DNA of 63,370 bases, the filler included, from Folioceros fuciformis (lineage: Eukaryota): assembly GCA_049999805.1 (NCBI GenBank). It is 4 parts of 3 records of this genome, joined end to end, with 100 filler letters (N's around TTAATTAATTAA, not from the genome) between each part and the next. Parts side by side here need not be neighbours in the genome. Positions count along the whole stretch, not along the records: positions 1 to 27,358 come from JBNGIO010006141.1; positions 27,459 to 54,229 come from JBNGIO010006141.1; 2 more parts are not named here. The stretch is one strand, 5' to 3'. Below are positions 25,972 to 39,475 of the stretch, in pieces. Under the pieces are notes generated by a model. That model did not search any database, was not told the origin of the DNA, and saw only the letters and a list, made by a program, of their open reading frames with translations. The stretch's first letter is position 1, and each line of letters opens with the position of its first letter. The translations under genes and the position numbers were made by a program.

Positions 25972-27358
25972 GTAACAGCAAACTGCTCATTGCTGGCTGG
26001 CTGTATCATCAGCTGGTCAAGAAAGTCTCAGAACATTGTGGCCTTGTCTTCAACCGAAGCAGAGTACACTGCTGTCACAGCTACTGCTTAGGAAACCGTC
26101 TATAGTAAGCGTTTCCTGCAATCCGTTGAGTGTACACGGAAAGGGCCCACACCGATTTGGTGTGACAACTAGTCCGCCATAGCACTTGCTAGGAACCCAG
26201 TTCATCACGTGAGAACGAGGCACCTCGATGTAAAACAACACTAGATCCGTCAAGTCGTGGCGAACAAACAGGTAAGGTTGAACTATGTTCCTACAGAACA
26301 AAATCTGGCAGATATGTTCACAAAGCCTCTACCACGGGACCAGCATGAGATCTTGAGAGCTGCCTTAGGGCTTAGAGAACCACCTCAATCTCTATCGAAG
26401 CCAGCGTCGAAGTAAATCTGAACATACCGAAGACGGAGAAGCACATAAAGAAGTCTATGAGAGCGCGAGCTACAGCTTGAAACATCCGACAACAGCAAAG
26501 TCAACTAAGACGAGCGAGAGCGGCTTCTTCTGCAGATCTGACGACAATGCCTATAACCACGCCGCAATTGTGTGAAAGCAAATAGATAAAATCTAGACAA
26601 AGTGGGGGTGCTAGAATAAATTGTTGTTCTCACTTATGGTCTTTTTTAGTCTAGATCGAAGAGTCACACCTCTTCGTAATTAAGACTATAAAAGCTATGT
26701 CACTCAACCCTATTAATTAATCTTTTTACAGTCATCGATCCTGACCTTCCTCGTACTCCCCTCACTGGTCCTCCTCTTGCCCTCCTGCCCCTCCGCTGAT
26801 CAGGCAGGTCCTCCCACAGGACCTCCACTTCATTGCTACTACTGCTGGTCCTTGCTGGCGGCGGCGCAGGTGGGTCCCGTCGTAGGGGACCCCTGTCCCT
26901 CCTCCTTCTCTGATTGCTGAGGATAATGATAGGCTCCCGCTCAACCCATTGATGTGCCTCCTCTTCCATCAATTCCTCTAGGACTGCCTCTCAGTAGCAA
27001 TGAGGCAGACCTGTCATCCACTAGCTATAGTAGTAGAGGCCCTTGCGGGTCCTCAGTTGCAGGCCGTAGCCCCGCGTCCCTCCCCTTCCTCCCTTGGGCT
27101 GTCTGTTCCGCACCTTCTTGGGGTGCTTGAAGGTTCTCCGCCCGTCCAGCTATTGCCTCCCCTAGCTTCGTCTTCCTGGTGCTGGTCACTCTCCTGGAGC
27201 GCCTAGGCACAGGTGCCTCCGCTGTCTCCTCCCTAGCTCCCAGGACTAGGTCTTCGGCTACCTTGGGCTCCACCGAGCTACCGGTAGCCTTGTCGGCTAC
27301 TGATGTGACTACCCGACTATCGGTAGCCCCGTCGGCTACCGGCGTCGCCGTTCGGCTT

Positions 27359-27458
27359 NNNNNNNNNNNNNNNNNNNNNNNNNNNNNNNNNNNNNNNNNN
27401 NNTTAATTAATTAANNNNNNNNNNNNNNNNNNNNNNNNNNNNNNNNNNNNNNNNNNNN
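27359..27458. other. assembly spacer
   Basis: N44-TTAATTAATTAA-N44. Confidence 0.98.
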
Positions 27459-30400
27459 CTCTGAAGGAGGAGGAGAACGAAGATGAGCATCTGGAGGATG
27501 GTGGGGGAGATGAGATTGGTCTTGTGGGGGATAAGTTATCAAACGATGGATTGCCCAGTCGTATGGAATTGGTGCATGATTCTAAGCTCTCTTATGAGCT
27601 TCCTTTGGAGGAGTTGGATGAGGAGGACAATCTCCCAGAGGGATGGGATGAAGAGATGTCAAGTCTGGGAGTGGAGGGGTTGGGAAGTGCCGAGGTGGGT
27701 GACCATGAGGGTGAACATGAGGCGAAATTGGTGTACATGGACTCAGAGGATGCAGATTCTGCTCGTTGTTGCACTTCCCCCTGCACATTCTCTAATACTT
27801 ATCTAACAGGTAGAGTGGGAGGGGAAGAGGGAAATCGTGAAAGAGAATTCGTGGAACCTGCATTTCTACAGACTCAGCATGAGACAGGTGGGGCTAATGA
27901 CGCAGTATTACCAGTTGAGCCGATGAGTACTTCCGCAGATGAACTTGTTGCTGAAAGTATTTGTCAAGTTGGGGTGGAGAACTATAGTTCAGTGTCACTC
28001 TTGGAAGTTGAAGAAGGTGGCAGAGAGGCCGAGGGTGCCACGGAATCAGGTGAGGCACGTACAGCCTTGTCAGGAAAGGCATCCCCTGAGCTTCCAATCT
28101 CACCAACACCACCTGAGGGCTGTTTCTCTGCGATGGCTAATCCTGAATACATTCAGGACACTGCTACTGATGTGAATTTAGAGCCCAACCTGGAGGGTTT
28201 AGATGGTACTTTTCAACCAGCTTGGGACTCTCAGCTGACTAGCGAGACTGCTGAGCCTAAAATCCAAGAAGTGGAGCATGCAAGAGAGCTGGAACTGCAA
28301 CAGCAAGGAGGATATGCATTTTATGCTGGGAAGGTACTGGAGCCAGCAATTGTTGGAGGAACGGAAAGAGGTGATGAAGGAAAGCTCCTTGACCCTGTTC
28401 CGACGGAGAACGTGGATGAGATTAGTGAGGTCACTGGACTGCTAGTAGAGTCGAAGGGTACTTTCAGAAAAGAACAACTTGCTGAAGGGGCTTCCCGGGT
28501 TGGGGCGGAGAGGTGCACTTGGGCAACTGTGCCCAAGGTTAACGACGATTACAAGGAGGCAGAGAGTGCTGGGAGGCCAAACGAGGTACATATGGAAATT
28601 TTAAGTGCAGCATCCTGCGAGCTTCCCATCACACCAGAGTTATCAGAGGGTAGCCAGCTTCCCAGTGGTGCTCAACATACACCGGAAAGTGCTCCAGATG
28701 TGAATGCAGAAACACGACAGCTGCCCAAGGGCACGACGAAATTGCAGGATCTGGTTCTAGCACCAGAGTTTGCAGGATTAAGTGGTCTATCCTTTCATAC
28801 TGGAACCCAAGATGCCGAGCATTCAAGTAGGCAAACGAATTCAAAAGCTGGTAGTAGCCTGAACGTTTTTGTGTCGCACAAGCTAGACAAGGCACAGGAC
28901 TCTGCACCTAAGGATCACTCTCTACCCATGGATATGGATGTTCCACGTGCAGATCATGAGGCAATGCTGACCATGAAGTCAGCTGTCACCGAGCAAAATG
29001 CAGTCGTCCAAACAAGTGTAGAATACGAAGGCAGCAATATGATAACTGGTTTGAACTTGGATGTAGAGATCAGGAACAACAATAATTGTTCATCGTGGGA
29101 GTGTTTGTCAGCCTCTGCACTTGGAATGACCAGTCTTATTCGAGCTCTACCAACTGTGGAACTCTGCAATTCAGAGCAGATGCTTGAGAAACCTGCAGCT
29201 TCTCCACAAGTTGTCCAGGACATATTGCTACAATCTGCTGAGCACACTGTGCCTTTGTCTACAAAGTCCTCTTCAGCGATAGTGCATGAAGATGAAGACA
29301 TCCAGGAGGTAGAGTTTGAAACGCATGGGGATAATACAAGGGACCTTCCTGTAGATGGTGACGCTCTTGATCATAATGTTGTGAAGGACATGCTGCATCC
29401 TGTTCGTAGCTCATCTCCTGATAAGTTGTCCCAATGCACGAATGAGATCGCTGCTAAGAGAGCTTTGGCCATTGGTGCAGATGATAGACAACCCCATGCC
29501 TGCCGTGAGAGTAGTTCAGTCACCAGTGATGGTTACATGCAGGAGGACAGCATTGTGGACAAGTGCCCATCGGAGCTTGAGGCTAGAATACACGTTGACG
29601 AGGGAATGGCAATACACTCAACAGCGTACGCTACACACAGGTTCATGCAGAGTTCTTTGGATGGAGATGACAGCATACAGGGATCCAGTCTGGATGGGAA
29701 CGTAACCAAGGCTGATACTATTGCTAGCTCCATGCCTGGTACTCTGCAAGCTGTGGAATGTGCTTTGCCACTCACAGCAGTCACTTTGGAAGGTGATTGT
29801 ATGCCATCAAAGTGCGACAGTGAACTCGTACGTCCGGTCTCAAACGAAAATGATTATGCTGGCTCAATGCCAGCTCCTGTCACTGCTGGTCAACGGCAGC
29901 AAGCTCAGACTACACGAGGAGACTGCACAGCTGTACTGGACTTAGCAACATCCATTTGCTCTAACTACAATTGTGAAAGTTATGGACATCATGCAGCAGG
30001 TATTGCAAGTAGTTCTCCAACTGAAATGTGTTACTTTCTCAGTAATGGCGAAAAACATGTCGAGTTTCAGCAACAGCTCCCTGTAGCTCCTGACTCGAGC
30101 ACTGCTGAAAGGGATGGAAGCCTGACAAGTGTAGCAGGTACGTCAGGTGAAGGTGTATTGCCTTCAACAGAATGCCAAGCGACAGTAGCAGTGGGTGAAG
30201 TGGTAGATGTGCTTCCTACGACCTGTGGAACACTGCAGGATGTTGAGGTATTGGAACCTGCACTCCATGTTCCGGAAGCACAGGCAGTTAATCCCGTGCT
30301 TGCTGACATCAGCGCAGTTAGGCAGGTAGTACCTGGAATGTGCTATGGAAGGCTGAACAAGGAGAGTTCGACTTCTCAACGTGATGGAGTTCATGATGGT

Positions 30401-33400
30401 CTGGCTGAAACATTTGATATAGCCTCTGTAGGGGACAAACTTGCAGCAACACCATGTGAGGGAACAAGGGGGTCTATGGAATGTATGGAACAAGGATCAA
30501 AGTCAGCATTTCTCAAATCAGTCATAAGTGTTCCATTGTCCAAGGAAGGAACTGTGGATGATGACTATGCACAGCAAGGGATTGAGGCTACGGCTGTCTG
30601 CTCATCTAAGCTTGTGGAAATGCCAGCATTGCCTGATGATGTTACTTCAGAACGAGACGGTGTAAGCTTACATGAGAACCAGGAAGCAGGATCCATGTCT
30701 GAAATGGTGGACGCACTACCTGGGGTTCCTGCAGATAGGCAATGTGTGGAACAAAACGGAGTTAGTGTGGTTGGCAATAACGTTGTGGGCTGTGCTGCAG
30801 ATTCTCAGTGCTCAGTGAAAGTAGCTGAGTCATGTTATCTTGTGGCCGCTATAAGGCAACATGTTGAAGATCTGAAAGTTCGCAAGGCAGATTGCATTCT
30901 GGAAGAAGAGGCGTGCCTTCAACAACTCCCTAGCACAGATGAAACAACTTTCAGCTGGGCGGATGATGAGATGCAGCTGGAAGTCGACAATCACGGCGAT
31001 GCTACTGTGGTAGCGGGATTTGAAGAGGACAAGTGTGAGGTGTATGTGCAGAAATCCACATCTTTATTCGGGGCAGAAAGTAATGGAAGACGTACGTGCA
31101 TATCAGAACAACAAGCTACCGGGCTTGATGAAATTAATGAAAGAGCTGGCAGGGATATTGCTTTGGGTGACAAGCGGCATGATAGAACTGGCATAAGCAA
31201 AATGTGCCTTGTCAAGGTTGAGGGGGGCACTGCACAGGATGCTGACGTTGATTGTTCTCAAGTGAGTAGTAAACAACCAGGTACAGACAAGGGATTGGTT
31301 GTGGAGGACGAGGACTTACCATCTCTAGACGATGCAGGCAGAGTGCATGCCCATCTGAAGCAACAAACCAATTCCAAGCGAGCTCATGCAGTTCCAGCAG
31401 TCTCACAGGCTTATCACCTCGCTGAAATTGAGAAATCCCGTGAAATGTTAAGGGCCGAGGCCAGAAGAGCATTAGCATTTGAATGTGCTAAGCTCGATGA
31501 GGTAGAGGAGATGACAGGCTTGCACAAGGCCATTGTTGACTGTCGTGTGGTAACTGCCAGCAGCTTCATGGATAGAGAGACCAGGCAGAATGTTCAAGGC
31601 CTTGGAGACCAGAGCTCAGACATTGAAGATGTCCCCGAAGCAGACGACCCTGTGTCATCCCTGACTCAGGGATTGGCTGATGTAACCAAATTTGAACGGG
31701 TCGTCGTTGATGCAGGGAAACGAAGTGGTGTGGAGGGTACGGATCGCACAACTATGTCGTTCTGGACTAAGGGAGAGGAGAACACATTGACAACTGAATC
31801 CTTCAATGAAGTCCAGGACTTGTTTCATGTGGGGAGTATTAGTCATGAGAGAGGCTCTGGTCGAAGGTTAGACGGAGCTACAGGGACTGCTTGCAAGTCT
31901 CCCAGGTGTGTTGAAGGTGATCCGGCCACTGAAGCGTTGTATCCGACAGTTATGGATGTTGAACGACTTGATGGAGAGGAAAGCACTGACACAAAGTTGA
32001 CGTTAACAGTTGGGCTGCAACGTGACCGTAGTAACTTGCAGCCGTTTGTGCACCTTCAGAGTTTTCAGGGTTGTTTCCAGACTCAGAACGAAATCTTATC
32101 TTTGTCGTCAGGAAATCAGCTTGAAGGAGAGGACACTTCTGACACAAAGCTGTGTTTGAACTCTGGATTGGTAGGAGATATTATGAAGGAACGGAACATC
32201 ATTTTGGATCTTCCAATGGAGACTGGATCTGCTTCTGAGGAAATTCCGGCCGCAACAGAAGTTACTGTTCAGAAACACTCCTCGGAACATGCAGATGGTC
32301 CAGTGCCGCTGGGAATGGCTGTTGGATTAGACGATAGCTTTGAATTAAATAACACTGGTACGGCTGATGGTGTGCACGAGGGAATATCAACGACGGAGGA
32401 CAAAAATTCAGATCCAGGAAGTTTACGTTCTTGTGCCAAAGATTCCAAAGGGGCTGGGCCGACACTTGGAAATACCCTGGTATACTCAGAGCTAAGGGCT
32501 TTGGTGGACTTCGTGAAAGCACAGAGCTCTCTTCCCGATGAGGTAGCATCTGCGGCAGATGATATGATACCTTCAGGTCCAAGAGTATGTGATGCCTTAT
32601 CTCATCAGGACATGTGCCCTTCGGATTTGGGTAGTGACATGACAACTATATGTGCTGAGAAAACACCTTATGAAAGTGTTCAGTCAGAAGGAGGGATGGC
32701 GAAGGCTGTTGGCGAGAATCAACATCCCTTGGAGTCCACTTTAATAGTTGATTTGCAGCACCCACCTACTGGTGGTGGGGTCACAATGGAAGTTTCCAAG
32801 GACGTTCCCATATCGGGCATCTTAAGTGTTAGGACCTTTCAGGGCGATCACGGCACAGTGACCGGGGGTGGAGAACGTCAGGTTTTTGACATATCCCCAT
32901 CAACTCAGGCCCCCTGGTCTGGAATGAGGGGTTGGACATCTACAACCCCTGGTACACCCAGGTCTCAAGAAATGGTAGAAAGTCCGCCACTTCCACCTGC
33001 TAATGACTCTGTAACCCCAAGCACAAGAGGGGTGAAAAGGGGAGCAATTTTTCAGACGTACAAGCCAAGGAAAAGAGCTTCCAAGGAACCCCAGCAGGTA
33101 CCAGCTACGAATGGTGCTGACAGTTTGCAGGCGAGCTGCCCGACAAGAGGAGGGGCCAATGATGAACAAGGGACAGGAGCGACGAGGAGTTTAACTGGTC
33201 CCCATGAGCACCTTGTAGCTGTTGGAGACTTATCGAGTACAACGAGCTGGATCCCTGTAGAAATTCCAATTCTCCAAGAGAAACCTAAACAGAGGTTGAA
33301 GACACTAGCAAGGAAAAGGGTTTCGGATGCTGAGAGTGTTCCAGACGATGATCGTCAGCCTGCTAAGAGATCATCGTCTACTTCAAGAACAGTTCCTCAC

Positions 33401-35773
33401 CATCAACCTTTCGATCAGTCTAGTTCCCCTCCAGTTGTGACCCCTCCTTCTGATGTATGGCCAATGAGGCGGGTGGAACATCGACCTGGTGTTGCAGGAC
33501 CAACATTTTCTTCAGCAGCAATTCGGACTCCTCTTGGGGCTCCTCTACACACAGAAAGTGACTTCGCCAATAGTGAGACCCGGTGGTTAGGAGCACAAAA
33601 CGGAGCTGCGAATTCCCACGTGTTGGATGCCGGCCTTGAACTCCACCCAGATCCTCCAGCAAGTTGGCCGTTTGGGCCCATAGTGCAAAGTGTCCACCCA
33701 TCTGATTCGGAGGGGGGGGTTCTTCCTGTTGTTGAAGACCAATCAGCGGCTGTGCAGGCTCACAAAGTCTCCAAGAGACAACCCCGGCGGAAGGGGCAGA
33801 CTGTTGCTGGCGCTATTTCTGCTGCGGAGTCTCCAGTAGCTGGCGGAACTGAGCTGCCTGGGACCAATGGCCGGCAAAAGCGACAGACTCCTGCAACAGG
33901 CACAGGTGAGCTCAACGTTAGTCAGCTAAAGCAGGACGTTCACCGGGTCCGCAATATTATTAGCAGGAGGCTGGAAGCATTGGGTTCTCATTGTCATCTT
34001 CTTCAGGTGGTTTGTCATTAACTTGTTGCCCCTTCTGATTCGTTTCCTTTTCGGCTTTGAAGCCTTTGATTTTGTTCCATGAAATTTGTAGCAAAAAAGC
34101 CCTCACGTGCTTCTATGCCTCTGCACAGGACGTGGACACGGAAGGGACTGTGGACTTGGCAGCCACTGAAAGTTGTCGCCATCTGATATTCAGCGAAGAT
34201 CAGAGGGAGGAGTTTGTGCAGAGGGTGGTGAAGAGCTGTCAATCAAACAGTCGGACGAGAACATGGTTCCTTGGTAATGACAATGTCTAAAGAGCTTTAC
34301 TAAGTCTTCTGTGCAGAAAGGATTTCATTATATGAAGACTCTGTGGCCAGGTCCTGGTGGGATTTTCTTACATGGGGACTTTTTTGACAGGTACTGTTCG
34401 CAAAATAGCTTCTTATGGTGTCATGAAAGACGCAGCATCAAACATACTCTCTGAGGTGTGTACACATCCTTAGTGAGGGTGTCTTTTGATCATTTCGCAC
34501 AGGCAATGCTCGGTAACAACGGCCCGAATGCTTCAACTGGTGACAGGGCCATTGTGAGACTGCAGAAGATGTAGTGACAGCCTGGGAGCGAAGGAAATCA
34601 GACCCGTCTGACTCCCATGACTCGTTTTTGAACTTGTGTCATACTGTTGATGAGGTGAGGCAGCCTTCGAAGCACAACGTGTTGTATACAGGTTACGGTG
34701 GTTGGTTGATGCTTTGGTATTTGCTTATTTGCACGCAGCTCCACAAGCAAGGCAGTGGGTTGTTCGATGGACTTGTGGCTTCAGAAGACACAGAATCAAG
34801 TTTGCTGAAGCGCACAGAGGATGGAAAATGGGATCTTCGGATACCGCCTCAAGTTACAAAGAAGACTCGAGGGCGACGCGGTTTAGGGTCAGAGAAGTAG
34901 GCGTGGGGCCCACTCTCTGGGGGAGACGGAGCGACCGTAGCTTAGAAACATGTGTACAGTATTGAACAATTCTTTTGTCGTTATTTAACTGGTAGTAGCT
35001 CATTTATGTACATGACCTATGTCTTACCTGTAGGAAGAATGGTCAATGTCATGGTCAGCAGCTGAACCTTTTCCCAAAAACTGGGCAACAAGTATCTACG
35101 TCTTTGTGTGGAAAAGCGGTCTCAAGCTTGGCCCATATCAGGCTTGTAGTTGGGAGTCTTTGTAATGGTTTCTTTGTGAACTCAATTGAACAAGCCAGTA
35201 ACCATGTCTGAAAAGCCTCTGCCTAACAGAGTTGTTCTGATGACAATGTTCCTTGCCTTCTGCTACTTCTCATGTACCGCAGTTCATGCAAGGATCCTCC
35301 ATCGCCCAGGTATGATGAGATCGAGGAAGTAGTTTGGTGATTGTGAAGCTTGCATTCGGTTGGTGCTGCTTAGAGACGTGAAATGACATGATCTCGGATT
35401 TTGACTTACAGGTTCCGTACAGCACGTGAGCTTGAGGCAATTTTGGGAAGACACGGCTGCAGTGTTTGATCTTCCACAGGTATTTGCCTGCCCTCACTTG
35501 TTTACTGAGCTCCTGTTAACACATGTTAATGAGATAGGCAACGACAACTTGTACTACATGCAGACCAGGGACAAAGATGCAGGCCGGCCAGCGTCCCTGA
35601 GCCTCAGAGAAGTGGCGTACGATGACGAACGCGTGAGGTGGAGATTCCCTGGGGCAAGGAGAATTCCTAAAGCACCACCCACTGTGCATGAATGTGTACA
35701 CGATGCACCAGAGCCATCGGTGTCTCGGCCCATCGGTATTTTGGAAAATCCTGGGTCCGTGTTTGCACCCTGA
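27459..35773 (+). CDS. very large, mostly acidic low-complexity protein of unknown function; 5' end lost in the gap
   Basis: Open frame from the gap edge to a probable donor CAG|GTGGTT at ~34006 (about 6.5 kb, >2150 codons), then probable small exons (DVDTEG..., AWERRK...VDE, LHKQGSG..., SLRQFWEDT..., TRDKDAG...FAP*). The 3' exon structure is uncertain. Confidence 0.75.
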
Positions 35774-38700
35774 GTAGTAGTCGAATCAGGGCTGTCTTTC
35801 TTCGAACATGTCCATAGACTTCAGATTGATGCAACCAAGAAACAGAAACAGTACCGAGCCAGCCAACAATACTGGATTTGAAACTTGAGAGTCTGCCGGA
35901 AAGGAGGAAGGGTCGTCCACACACAGTAATAATAATAGTTTTTACACGCCCTGGAACTCCCTCCTGATTCAGTTTAAAACTGGCTACTGTTGAACGTTCT
36001 AAAATCCTGATTCAAAAGGCCACCGCAGCCGCAGTTCATCTTCATCAAAAATGAGCCAGGAATGTATGACACAAGGACAGGACACATGCTTCTCCAGTCC
36101 TCCCCTGAAAGAGTGGCTCTCCTACCAGACACAGGATGACTTCACGTTTCGCTGTGAGGCTCCGGCGGCCAGAAGGGCTGACCTCACGGGGCTGGACGCT
36201 GGATGAGGCCAGGGCAGCGGCGCACCGCAGAGTTGTGAGCAAGAGAGTCATGCTTGACTGACACCGTGCTGTGCTGGCTGTGGTGGTCTCAGTGTTGATG
36301 CATTCAAGAAGTTCTTGGAGCTGGCACGTGCTCAAACTCGCACATTCTCCTTTCACGAATATTCTCCTTCTGAGCGTTGTCGTTACACAGTTTCCCCGTT
36401 TACGTTGACGACACATGTATACGTACACCATACGTACACGAGTCTTGCACATCTAGGTCCACATCTCGATAGGATAGGTTCGTGTACATCCGCAAGCCTA
36501 TGGAGTGTTTTTGCGCCTTCCACTGCTGCAGCTGCAGTCGGCCCATGCGCACACTTCTGTGAGGCCTTGTGGATGAGAAACTCTCCATGTCTTGATAGAT
36601 CAATGAAGGAAACGCAAGACAAGTAATATGGATGTAAGACACAGACATCGTGCTCGCTGTCCAGCTACAGGATTGATCACGCTGCTGCGACTTTTTGCAT
36701 TGTGCTTCTTTCTGGAGGCAGAAGGTCCCCACCTAACCCTTGCTGTGGTGACATCTTTGACGATAACACTCGTCTTCAGGCGGCACCTTTTGATCCCGTC
36801 TCTTGTCAACTTCATGAAACTCTGGGCTTCTTCCTCCTTGCTCTTCCAACGCCCTTTGCGGCCGTCTGATCAACAGCTCACGCGTGCAGTTTAGGGATGT
36901 CCAGGGCAAGGGTAGGAACGTAGAGAGCAGAAAGATGTTCAATGCAGAGTTGTCGTCACTACCAGGGGGATCGTAACGTAATGAATTTCATCACCGAAAT
37001 GCAAGGTGTCGGACGAGTTGATCTTCAAATGTTGTGTACTGCATCCACTATTCCTGAACAGGGCACCGATAGCATATGGAGTCCCCGGCCGGCTCATCGA
37101 TGTTTTAGGATACCGGGCGTAACATATTTGCGCCCTGTCTAGTTGGTGGAAAAGGGACTGGACTGTGCTCCCTGCAGATGCCACAGCTACCTCCGAAATG
37201 AATCAATGCTGAGCCCCACCAACAAGTCAGACTCTTTTCTTGTTATCATGCTTGGTACATCACAAACGAGGAACAACTGGAAGTCCCAGTTCATAAGCTA
37301 TCAGGGAACCTATGACTTACGGAGAGAACATACATTCCTGAAAGTGAGGACTTGGAACCGGATCCGCACTGCCAAGCATTCAGATGATGACTTCACGTTG
37401 TTTTGAGGCTCTGACTGGAAGAGAAAACTGCACCAAGCTCGCGCCTCGATAAACTCCGCAGAGTCGACAGTCATAGTTGACTCAGCTAATTGCCTTTGGT
37501 ATGTGGTGCTTTGTTCAAGAGATTCCCACTGGCTCGTTCTCAATCTCCACAAGTGATTTTCAAATGCCCATAAAGGTAACGAATATTCCCCCTCCGAGCT
37601 TTCTCATATTACTTGGACGCCATTTCAGATTTAGCACGGCGACCCGACCTCAGTCAGGCTCGTCTCACGTTTCCAGGGACTGCGAGACAAGAGGAATGGA
37701 AGGCAGAATGTCTCATGGCTGTACGCGACACTCCTCGGGAAAGAGTTCACATGCTCAGTGTCGAGCTGCAATATTGATCACGATGTTGCAGCTTTTCTCA
37801 TTATGCCGCTTTTTGAAGGCCGAAGGTCACGTCTACTGCCCTGTTGAGGGAGACAGGAAGGTAAATTTAGTGTCTTCAGTTGGCATCATATGAACAAATT
37901 TTAAGTCAACTTCATGACATGGAGGGTCATTAGATGCAGAGGTTCGTATTCTTCGCAGTTCCAATGACTAATGTATGGCATACCACAGCGACCAGATGGG
38001 AGGTGTCAGAATTTTAGTACTATCTCCTCGGGTATCTCTTAGCATATAGCTATGTTCGTCACTGTGGAGAGCTGTCCGCTGCGGGGCCTTCCCCGAAGAG
38101 GTTCGTGCACCACAGCGACCATGCTGTCAGAATTGTGCGTGTTTCATCTATGTGAAGCTAAAAGGGTTCCAGAGCAGCGTGTTTGGTACACTTCACGGTT
38201 TCTTCTCCATGGTCTCAGCCCCCGCTGCTCACGCTCTCAATTCCTCTGAATTAGACCATGAGCCTGCGACACCGGCACGCACCTAACGCCCCTCCGTCTG
38301 ACTGCATTATCGCAGGGCCTCAAGCACCTCTGTCTGACTACATTATCGCAGGGCTTGAGGCCCGTGTCTCGGGACCCTGGAATAAACAACGAGACATTTA
38401 AGGGGGGCTCGGTCTCTCGCCACCGCCAGTGATTGAGGCCTCCCTCAATCATCAATCACGTTTATCCCACCCTCCCCTACCTCATTCCAAGCATCGTTTT
38501 CGAAGCCCGCATGGGGCACAGAGATTCCTCGACACCCATTCAAGGGCCTCTACTTCCCGCGCGGCTGAATTCTCCAAGCAAAATCTAGCTTTATCTGGGT
38601 CTTCATCTGATCCCCACCCCATCCTCAGCTCTCCCCTCGCGGCGTGCTTTGGCCCTTCAACAAATCCCTTATCCTCATCCCTCCCCCGCCACGTCGCGAA

Positions 38701-39475
38701 TGATGTGAAAGGAACAGTCGGGTGAAAGGGAGGCGTCAAGGTTTCAGAGCCTTTTTTTTTTTCTTGGACAATGGAGGATGTCCGTTGTGGGATTTTGCTT
38801 TGAACAACAATGTATTCATCTTATGTGCCACAGCGGCCATAATTGGTGTCTTCAGAAAGAATTCTGACACCTCCCCTCTGTCCTCTCTGTGGTATGCCAT
38901 ACTAATGCCGCCTTCTGCTGTTGTTCAGGAGTCCAGTTTGCACAGCAAGGAGCAAACTTGTAGCAGCGGCTGCGGGAACCATACTAAATCAGTGTCACCG
39001 GAACCTTCGCAGAGAAGACAATATAAGTACCTGCGAGGCACCACCCAACTTCTCGACTTGAGCTATAATATAGAAGGCCATCCAGCTTTTGACGACCAGG
39101 TGCCAAGCCCGCTGTTAGGAGAACCCAGGAGATCCTTCAGAAGAATCCCCCTGCCTCCACCAATCGCCCATGACTCAAGGCCCACACCACCGCTTGAATA
39201 GCACCAGACTAGCTCCGTAGCTGCTGAGGAGATGATAGGATCGCACACAAAATACATAACTACAATTTAGTGATTCGACCCTCACATCATGAAGCAGATG
39301 GACCTCTTCGAGACAGGGAAGATGGGACCTCCTGGATTTCGAATCTGTCATTCTTGCATTTTTCCTTTCATGGCAAGTCTAGTGAATAAAATGTCCAACA
39401 ATCCCGCGGATGGACCATGAAACAGATGGACACAAAGGGACGTCGACAGCAGGAATGTCCACAACACATAATTCA

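Larger units (their letters stand above)
16789..26415 (+). pseudogene. Copia gag-pol, broken by stops, frameshifts and a nested insertion
   Basis: gag FNGTHFEVWQQRV (16789-17976); protease WYLDFGATHH; integrase LWHCRLGH, VHTDICGP, LRSDNAGE; RT QMDVKTTFLHG, LYVDD, YTDSDWA; RNase H resumes at 25977 with ISWSRKSQNIVALSSTEAEY...ADMFTKPL. Confidence 0.95.
16084..26755 (+). mobile_element. full-length, inactivated Ty1/Copia LTR retrotransposon
   Basis: 147-bp LTRs at 16084-16230 and 26609-26755 (5 mismatches); PBS TGGTATCAAAGC (iMet-like) at 16231; PPT AAAGTGGGGG before the 3' LTR; imperfect TSD GTCCC/CTCCC; domain order gag-PR-INT-RT-RH. Confidence 0.95.
15585..27358. mobile_element. LTR-element fragment (TGTAAGAGG terminus) that hosts the Copia insertion; own sequence 15585-16083 and 26756-27358
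   Basis: TG-start terminus at 15585; a low-complexity minus-strand ORF (26700-27273) appears to continue across the Copia insertion site; runs into the gap. A similar TAAGAGGT start is seen at ~53890. Confidence 0.45.

Noticed and set aside
27403..27414. TTAATTAATTAA motif recurring three times in the window
   Set aside because: Centred in identical 100-nt N blocks; artificial scaffold linker
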